Source: Octopus sinensis
Lineage: Eukaryota
DNA: 64,000 nucleotides
Direction of reading: 5' to 3'
Assembly: GCF_006345805.1 (NCBI RefSeq)
Contig: NC_042999.1
Location: 144,026,001-144,090,000, forward strand
Under the pieces are notes generated by a model. It was not told the origin of the DNA. It saw nothing but the letters and a program-made list of their open reading frames with translations, and did no database searches. Made by a program: the position numbers and the translations under genes. This document shows, piece after piece, positions 55,401-64,000 of this stretch; the first letter of the stretch is position 1; every line of letters starts with the position of its first letter.

Positions 55401-56468
55401 CAATGCTCTCTCTCTCGCTCTCTCTCTATATATACATACATACATACATACATACATACATACATACATACATACATACATACATACATACACACACACA
55501 CATACGCATACACACATATCAATATGTGCAGATAACTAGGTATATGGATAGCTATACGTATTTATACATATGTATACATACGAAAATGTTTATGTGTGTG
55601 TGTGTGTGTGTATGTGTGTGTATGCGTGTGTGTGTGTAGAGAGAGAGAGAGAAAGGACATATAGAAAGAAGGAAGTTTATGCAATTGGTATGCAACTTGA
55701 AATCAGCGTCAATGATGTAATAGATAATATGAAGAATTGTAAGGTGAGAGGGAAATGGAGGCAGATGTAAGTCAGGCGGACGCGAATGGAGAGTAGGTGA
55801 AGTTGACTTCAACGGTGCGTTTGAGGCAGACTTGAGCTTGGGGGCGTATATATCTGGAATGAAGTGTTGGATGATATAGTGAGAGTGTGTCACAAATTCA
55901 TTATCTCGACTACAGAGACATCGGTGGCAGAGGATTTAAGAGCAAACGATTGAGTGTTTTGTATTGGTAGGGTTATAGAAGGTGATATTGAGGTAGGAGA
56001 AGAAGTCAATCTCTTATTATAAAAGGCAGATTTTATCTGCCTCCCTTTGGGAGTTATAGAAATCTACAATATAGGATTTCTTCAATTACAATTTACCTAG
56101 CATTTTTAAGAGTACAATGCATCGCGTCATGCCAGGTCCAGTTTTTAAAATTTAAACTCCAATTAAGCAAAATTTACAGAAAACTCACATTCTGGTGTGT
56201 GTGTCAAATGCTTTTCTTAGTCTGGTTTACACCACACGCAAACGCACACACACAGTGGGCAACGAATAAAATGAAAGTAAATAGTGACAGAGTGATTTGA
56301 GGAAGACTAAAGTGAAAGTATTCTGTCTATGACGCTGATAGATACATGAGTAAAATGTATGGGAAGCTAAGAGCTAAGAGTGAGTGAAAATGTTCTTGGA
56401 AGAGAGTAATTAGTAATAAAGTAAACATACACTCATACATACATACATACATACATACATACATACAT

Positions 56469-56499
<31 letters not shown>

Positions 56500-56718
56500 T
56501 ACACACACACATACATACACACACACATACATACATACACACATACATACAAACATATACATACATACATATACATACATACATACACACACACACATAC
56601 ACACACACACAGTATTGAAGCTTGAGAACAATCAGATACATTTGCAACACATCTGTTGAAAATATTATTGTTCACACACATACATATACATATATACATA
56701 CAGACAGACAGACAGGTA

Positions 56719-56758
<40 letters not shown>

Positions 56759-56814
56759 ATCCAGCATGGCCACAACCTCAAGGCTGAAACATATAAAAGA
56801 ATAACAGAATATAA

Positions 56815-57180
56815 ATGTGTGCAAAGTACAAGAAATATTAATGCAGTATATGGGGATTGGACAATAAGCGTAAGGCAGTGTCAATGGTGGTTCCAGAAAT
56901 CCCGAGCCATAAACTACAGCCTAGAAGACGAGCCTCATCCTGAAAGATCTGTAGAACTCGACAAGGACATCCTGAAAACCCTGGTGGAACAAAATATCAT
57001 CGTAACTGTTGAGGAACTAGCAGAGAAGCTTGGATTTGGTCATTCAACCATTCATTGACACCTGTGTGCTATCGGAAAAGTCAGCAAATTGGGTCAATGG
57101 GTTCCTCACGAACTTTCCGAGTCTAATTGCATGCAGAGAGTGAATGTATGCTTTTCTTTGCTGTCATATCTCACCACTAC
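56815..57180 (+). mobile_element. Mariner transposase N-terminal fragment (second mariner family)
   Basis: RNINAVYGD..ISVRQCQWWFQK..SLEDEPHPERS..VTVEELAEKLGF.HSTI..KLGQWVPHELSE; ends next to the Helentron-like copy. Confidence 0.8.
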
Positions 57181-57192
57181 TGCGCTATGTAT

Positions 57193-57800
57193 ATCTATAT
57201 ATATAAAACTGTAGTTGTGTGAGTGTCTGTCCCCTTCGATTTAGATTCCTAACTACTCCCACATTTTGCGGTACAGTTTAACCAAATTCGGGTAGCTTAT
57301 AGTCGTGATTCATATCGATCCCGTCTGAATATTAGCGCGCGTCTACGATGAGTCTACGATTTTTAAAATAATTTAACATAATTTTTTATTCCATTTTAAT
57401 GCATAATTTTTCGTGTGTCGATGGCTGTGAGGAAGGGAGTGTAAGGAAATCAACGTCGTAATGCGTTGTCAAGGAGACCAGTGTTCTTTTAGAACAACGA
57501 CTTCATGGCTTGAAGACACCAAAACAGAAATGGCTAAGAAAGCGTCTACATGAGTCTACGATTAAAAAAAAAATTTACCATCGTTTTTTTTTTCCATTTT
57601 AATGCATTTTTTCGCTATTATATAAGGGAAGTAACTCTCTAAAAATGTCTACGATGAGTCAACGATTTTTAAAAAAATTTACCATCATATTTTTTCCATT
57701 TTTAATGCATTTTTTGCTATTTTTTGGCTATAACTCTCTAAAAATGCTTATATAGTTATTTCCCTTACAAACCCGGGCAACGCCGGGCGATACTGCTAGT
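57193..57800 (-). mobile_element. Helentron/Helitron-type non-autonomous element, expanded copy
   Basis: Reverse complement of 25283-25798 with extra copies of the internal tctacgatgagtctacgatt...ccattttaatgcat unit. Confidence 0.75.
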
Positions 57801-57885
57801 GGGCTTATAAAAGAAAGAAGAGGTGAGAATGTGGGAGGGATGATTGGTGCTAACAGGGATCGCCCGTATACACATATGTACATCG

Positions 57886-58249
57886 TGGCACTCTGTCAGT
57901 TACGATGACGAGGGTTCCAGTTGATCCGATCAACAGAACAGCCTGATCGTGAAATTAACGTGCAAGTGGCTGAGCACTCCACAGACACGTGTACCCTTAA
58001 CGTAGTTCTCGGGAAGATTCTGCGTGACACAGAGTGTGAGAAGGCTAGCCCTTCGAAATACAGGTACAGCAGAAACAGAAAAGAGTGAAAGTTGTGGTGA
58101 ATGAGTACAGCAGGGTTCGCCACCACCACCACCACCCTCACCGAGCTCGTGGAGTTTTAAGTGTTTTCACTCAATAAAAACTCACAACGTCCGGTCTTGG
58201 AATCGAAACCACGAATCCGCTGCCCTGACCACCGGGCCATTGCGTCTCC
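57886..58249 (-). mobile_element. tRNA-derived SINE (family 2-related)
   Basis: Head GGAGACGCAATGGCCCGGTGG..GGTTTCGATTCC; the 3' half is homologous to 59665-59780. Confidence 0.75.
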
Positions 58250-59464
58250 ACATATGTACATACATTGCACGGACATACACATGCACTCACACATACATAA
58301 TATACATACATTCACAAACATGTACGCATATATTTATATATATTAATACATGCGCACATACATGTATACGTATGCATATATGCACTCGTGCTTTTATATA
58401 TGCTTTCATGTATGTAAATGTTATCTCTGTTTATTTGTGAGGAAATGTTTTTAAAGTAGTCACTTTCTGAAAGCAATTAAACGTTAGCTATGTACGACTT
58501 TACAATGTTTGGTAATTAAGTTTTCTTAAAAGATAAGAAAGGACGGATAGAGGAAATGATTTTTTTTAAAATTATGTTGTAAGGTGGAGCGTAGGAAATC
58601 ATGAGTAGACAAGTTTCCTGTGCGGCTGTCTTTTGACTAGCAAAGCATTTTCTTTTCATCTTACACTGCTTGACTGACTTAGAATTTGTTCGATTTGAAG
58701 TCATTACTAATTGAGATGAAGCCTAAATTCTTCGATTCATTACTGTTATCGCTTTTGGTTTCGGTTAGATAGACAGAAAGGACAAATGGACAGACAGAAG
58801 ACAGACAGACAGAGTAAGAGGAGTTAAAAACTAAAAGGTAGGAAAATCTGCAATAATGAAGAGAGCTAAGATAATATTAATAAAAGTCGCATAGGAATGT
58901 AAAATAGAAGAAAGAAAGAAGAAAGAAAGACTTAGTGAGAATTAAATGAACCTAAGATTATTTTTCATTTTCATTAAAATTTCCTTTCAAATGTGTACGA
59001 AGTTCAATTTGAAATAAAATAGCTCTCGAATTACTTCTATCGATGATTATTCCCGTTGTTAGATTAATGGAAGTGTATTATAGTATATCACAGTATTCAA
59101 CCAACACGTGTACCCTTTCTGTACTCTACTAACAAAATAATGTATGTGTGTGTGTATGATGTTAGCCTTTATCCAATGGACTTCTACTTAGAATGCTTGT
59201 ATCAACCGGAACCAAGATAGAAGACATTCGCGCAGGGCGTCGCACTGTAGGTTCGAATGTGATTGTGAAGTGAACTTTCCAAACATTCGACCATACCTAT
59301 ACCACAAATCAATACTATGTTCTATGAGAGTGTTTTTGTTAGTCTGAGACAAATTTTCTAACTCATGTGTATGTATGCTAATATTCATCCCTCGCTTGAA
59401 TCCTAAATGAATAACAATAGTTCGACTGATTTTGATGCCCACTGCTCACTAGTATACCATGTGT

Positions 59465-59780
59465 GAAGGCGCCTGGCTTAGTTAGGGTATTCGGCTTACG
59501 ATCGTAAAGTCGTCAGTTCGATACCCACCGATGCGTTGTATCCTTGAGCAAGACACTTTATTTCACGTTGCTCCATTTCTCTCGGCTGGCAAAATTGAGT
59601 TATACATGTAATTCAAAGGACCAGCCTTATCACATTGTGTAACGCTAAATTTCCCTGAGAACTACGTTAAGGATACGCGTGTTCGTGGAGTGCTCAGCCA
59701 CTAACGTTAATTTCAAGAGCAAGCTGTTCTGTTGGTCGGATCAACTGGAAACCTCCTCGTTGTGACCGACGGAGTGCCAG
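59465..59780 (+). mobile_element. tRNA-derived CORE-like SINE (family 2)
   Basis: Head similar to 36639, B-box GTTCGATAC, CORE-like ccttgagcaagacactttatttcacgttgctcc. Confidence 0.78.
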
Positions 59781-60970
59781 CTATGCCATGTATTGCATAG
59801 CTAACATCATAAAGGGAAATGGACAGAGACTGTTGTTTGTTGCACTGTACGTGGTGGTTATGGTTGTTAGTACAAAGAGCCGTAAAAGAAGCGCTTAAAG
59901 GAAATGTAAAACAAATAAATTCAAAGATGTAGTATCCGGTGGCATAACAATGCTAATAGTAATTTTAACACTAATTATGTGATCAATTCTTTAGGTAGTG
60001 CCTTGTTGCTTTTTTTTTTATTTTCGGTACACAGATGTTCTAACTCTCCATTTCAAGATTATGAGTGCGCATGATGTTGGTATGGGTGTTGGTGTTCGTC
60101 AGTGTATCGGTGGTGCTTGTTTTAGCGATGGTCATTGTATTGTTGATGGTGGTACTACAATTGATCAATGTACTGGTGGTGGTACTGGAATCGGTGATTG
60201 TCAATGTGGTGGCGGTGCTAGCGTTTGTTTTGGTCAGTGCGGAGGGTTAGTTGTAGAAGTAATGATAGTAGTAAATGTGCTGGCAATGGTGCTGATGCTG
60301 AGGTTAGCGACGATGTTGTTGGTATTGATGGAGCTGATGCTGTCGGTGCTAATAGCGGTGGAAGTGATGAAGCTGGAGGATCTTAACCTAGCTTTTGTAA
60401 TTGTAAAACCACTGAAGAGCTGGTCTTTATGAGAAAAATTTATAGAAACGATCTTATATTGACATGTCCACAGGAGGATTCAACAACACAAGCTTATGAA
60501 ACCCTTGTAGAAAATGCAATGTTACACCCTCCTGCTACATACTTCTGTGAACCACATCACTTTCTATGAACCAGCGGGTCCCTCCTTGTTTGCCTACAAA
60601 TAGCAAATAAATCTCTTTGAAATCATACTCTATCGTTTCAAAACTACAGTTGATAAAATTAGCTTTTAACATTATCTGGTTATGTGACCCATTGCTTCGG
60701 TAGTGTGAATCATCACAGGTCTAATAAGCCAGTGACTAATTGACGTAAGTAACGCAATTTGAACCAACCACCTCTTGAATGAGTGTCTTGTGCACCATCG
60801 AACCAACTATCCATGATTAACTAAAGGCTGATGATTAATATGTTCTCCGTAAAGTTTCGCAATCAGGTAATTCCGTATTCTATCTCACTACATAGCATTT
60901 GGGGAAAGTGTTTTCTACTAAATCCACAGGTCGACCACACTCTGGTGCGGCAATGAATGCGTGTATATAC

Positions 60971-61013
<43 letters not shown>

Positions 61014-61014
61014 G

Positions 61015-61125
61015 TGAATTCACAAAAAAAAACAAAAGACGAAGACAGGTGGTGTAGACAACAAAAAGATGTATTAGTATAACGCTCGGAAAGTGAAAAA
61101 GTCTTTAACGTTTCGAGCCTACGCT

Positions 61126-61128
<3 letters not shown>
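61015..61128 (-). mobile_element. Truncated 3' end of a second Penelope-like family with a partial hammerhead
   Basis: Minus strand AAGAGC-GTAG-GCTC-GAAA-CGTT-AAAGAC; the upstream CUGANGA part is replaced by (TA)n; bounded by (TG)n and (TA)n. Confidence 0.55.
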
Positions 61129-61165
<37 letters not shown>

Positions 61166-61209
61166 ATTGAAGAAATGGAGCTGAACGAAGATTGAACAGA
61201 AATCGTTTT

Positions 61210-61300
61210 ATTTCATTCTACACGTGTTTCGAAAGGCACACTTTACCAAAATCCGATTGAATAATGAGACCATATTGTGTCTTTCTCTTCAGGAAGAAAT
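61210..61300 (-). ncRNA. Type I hammerhead ribozyme, apparently intact
   Basis: Minus strand: stem I ATTTC-TTC/GAA-T-GAAAT; CTGAAGA; stem II GAAAG/CTTTC plus ACAC/GTGT closing a 35-nt loop; GAAA; palindromic stem III ACACGTGT; GUA triplet, cut between 61219 and 61218. Confidence 0.85.
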
Positions 61301-61979
61301 AGGAAATCCGTTGGAAAAAACAAAAACAGAACAGAGGCGGAGCAAAACAAATCGAACTAGGCTCCTAAGAGCCCATGGCCAAACTGTTTATCAGTGTATG
61401 TTGAGAACGGGTGGTGGGTGCGTTGAAGATTTTAACGGGTCATGCAGCGGTCATTCCTGTGGGTGAGGGCACGGGGTGTGTAGATGTTCTTTGTGACCGA
61501 GAGTAAAGTTCTGACTATTTAAAGAATATTGGATGTATTATATGGGGCGAGACAAAATTTACTTAGAGACATGTGTGTGTTTACTGTTCTATATATGTGT
61601 GCTGGCGCAAGTTGGTAAGAAGCGCTATTTTCTGGTCACTGCTGAGAACTCCGTCAAGGGGTAGAAAACATTTTTTGTGTACGTGTGTGCGTTTGATCGC
61701 GCGGCTGTCAGTTGTTAAACAGCTCTACACAATGGTCACTGCAGTAAAAACCGTCGGGCGGCAGAAAAATATTTTATGTTTTATGTGTGCGTGTGTTCGT
61801 CTAATCATGCCTTGTCAAAGAAACCCCCCGTCGTCAAAAACAAAGCCCCATTCATCTCACAGGAGTAATTCCCCTTGCAGTGGTTAATCATATTTCTCTT
61901 AAAGGCTATTTCAGGATTTATTACCAAGGGCTATTTTCATATAAGTAGTGTAACCGGGTGCAGGTATTATTTATAAGCG

Positions 61980-64000
61980 TTATTTATAAACAAGATAAGT
62001 ATAACGCCGCCAATGGGGGCATCGAAAAGCCGACTGTAAAAGTCCGTTTACCATCCGGTCTCTGGCGAACAATATATAGAAGAGTTCGGAGACACAAAGG
62101 TTGCACTTCCTTCTGCCCCTATCAAATGGGAGGGCCACCGACAAAATTGACCATTCCAGCCTGTAGCTTGAGTTCGTATTCTTCAATCGCCATATTAGCT
62201 TGCTGAGTCCCGTGGTCTGGCGTTTATTCATGTCTCGAAAAGTTGCGTAATGGTTGGAGATTCGTAAAGCCAATCTTGACGATGAGGCCCCTACATAAGC
62301 GTAGACATCTGAGTCCGTGTAAACCTTGCATTGGTAGACGGCGTTTCTGATCTTGGAATTCGCCGACGTGAATCTTATTCTGCTAGGATTAGTTTCTGAA
62401 ATTAGAACTGCGTTACTGTCACTATATTTGTTGCGAGAACTGCAGCCGCTTACTACTTTATTTTCCACTACGTCACTATTAACTAACGGAATAACCCCTG
62501 ATTCTCCACTATCTATCAGAGTGCTGTCATTGCTAGTGCCCGTGGTGCTGCTATTGCCGGAAACGATGCTGGGGTTGCTATTGGGACTCTCTACCCTAAC
62601 GAGCCGAGCTGCGCTCACCTCACTACTGCCATTGTTACCGTCAACTACAACACCCCTATTTATAACTATACCCCTAGTATATAATCCCTGGTTGGAGCTG
62701 AGATTATGAGTCACTGTACTGGCTCTCATATCATTATTACTACTATTATTATTCCTACTGAGCATTAAACCGGGAGCGGAAGAAGCTGTGCCTCCGGAAA
62801 AAGGTGATAGGGTCTTAGTAAGCAGCCTATTATTATGGGAGGCGATTATCTGGGCGAGGTTTTTAGTGTTGGAGAAAGCTATCCTAACTTTATGCGAGTT
62901 GACCGTGGAGTAATATTTGGAATTTCTGGGGAAGTTATTGGCGATGGCTTGTCAAAACATGAGGGGGAGGTTAGTTCTAATCTGCTTACCAAAGGGAATT
63001 ACAAACCATATATGCTTATTCCTATCTATGTGATGGGTCGGGACGCCAGCTCTCGCATTCGGGTGGGTGATTCTCGGATGAATAACGGGTTTTGGGTTAG
63101 TGTGAGATCCCCCGGACCGATAATTATCCTTGTTCGCTAAATTAAATGCGGGAGCGACTGCCCCAGCACCCGCCGCGCTCCCGTCACTACTTAAATTGTT
63201 TATGTTATTATAGACGGCCCTATCCTGATGACCGAATGATGGCATCGGAAGGGCCGGATCAATATAAATTACCTTCTGCCTATAACCGGCCTTGGATAGT
63301 GCGGCGTTATAAAATTCCGCTTTCTGCATAAAAATATCGGCACTGGCGGACAAGCCAGACAATCTTAGAGAGATGTTTTTAACCAAATTGTCTGTTACGG
63401 TTTTGGCATGATTTGAGAAGACACTGACATACTTCAAATTAGTGGAAGGCTTATGGTAAGGGCAGTATGAGTCGCTATTAAGGTTAAGTGTAACGTCTAG
63501 GAAATTAGCCTTGGTGAGTTCATTATCAAAAACTATATTCATGCCCATTCTATTAAAAAACCTAGCTAACCTGCTCTTAGTTTTCTGCACTATTCTGTTC
63601 GTGGTGTTTTGCAGGTAAAACAGACAATCGTCACGATACAGGCCGCCCGCGATCTCCGGGAATTGGTCGGACAATTCGTAGAGAATATATATTCCGACCA
63701 AATCGGCTATCTGTGCACTATCCGAACTCCCCATAGGCACATCAAATTCATTGGGAGTATCTTTACGGATCCACAACTTATTATCAAACTTAATAAACGA
63801 TTTCCTGGCAACTAAAATGATATCTATTTCTTCTCTGGTGAGGCCAGCCTTGTCGTGAGCATGCCAAAGGGCCTTATTTAGTACACTAGGGTTAATCGAG
63901 GGGTAGAAGCTAGCGATATCAAACTGAATGAACCTAGTACGGTTCTTATTGGGGATGGAAGAGAACCACTTCACTACCTGCGAGGAGTTGGCCCAGAGGC
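61980..64000 (-). pseudogene. Penelope-like RT/GIY-YIG polyprotein, one frame with a single in-frame TGA at 62952-62954
   Basis: ORFs 62952-63974 and 61980-62765 share a frame. I translated the gap (QAIANNFPRNSKYYSTVNSHKVRIAFSNTKNLAQIIASHNNRLL...) and it is open; the frame is also open to the window edge. Motifs: FIQFDIASFYPSI, PMGSSDS, LYRDD, SNH, VYQ..YVG, H...CxxC...CxH. Confidence 0.92.

Larger units (their letters stand above)
61161..64000 (-). mobile_element. Penelope-like retroelement (C-terminal GIY-YIG type), 5' part beyond the window
   Basis: RT + endonuclease ORF, about 820-nt 3' region ending in a hammerhead-bearing terminus that abuts (TA)n. Confidence 0.93.

Noticed and set aside
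59188-59442. Non-repetitive-looking ORFs on both strands as a candidate next aminopeptidase exon
   Set aside because: No M1 motif (MDTWT/QMG.P) in any frame and no convincing splice pair.
62353-63815. Plus-strand ORFs overlapping the Penelope-like ORF
   Set aside because: They are antisense shadows of a long open frame with no recognisable motifs.

Overview
AT-rich, microsatellite-dense eukaryotic genomic DNA. The repeat families present (tRNA/CORE-type SINEs, Dong/R4, RTE, CR1, Tx1, Penelope-like, Tc1/mariner) and the density of (TA)n/(TACA)n/(GATA)n suggest a coleoid cephalopod such as Octopus; this is inferred, not proven. The only host gene I can support is a + strand M1-family zinc aminopeptidase (aminopeptidase N/A-like). 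I located six GT-AG exons: 10109-10229, 30355-30509, 32543-32656, 33776-33910, 34598-34663 and 45827-45892. They splice in frame into 219 aa with intact GAMEN, HEIAH-x18-E and the catalytic Tyr (SYNKG). The 5' and 3' exons were not found and probably lie outside the window. The rest is intronic: mariner, Tc1 and hAT relics, MITEs, Helentron-type non-autonomous elements, SINEs and LINE fragments. At the right edge is a young Penelope-like element (minus strand, RT + GIY-YIG, one in-frame TGA, unusually long linkers). The most notable signal, read by eye, is a set of type I hammerhead-ribozyme motifs tied to Penelope-like 3' ends. One looks intact (61210-61300, -), two sit in a near-perfect 205-bp fold-back (43085-43510), one is a core-mutated relic (31833-31895, +) and one is truncated (61101-61128, -). 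Most ORF-track entries are microsatellite or transposon artefacts. Transposon boundaries are approximate unless TIRs or TSDs are cited.
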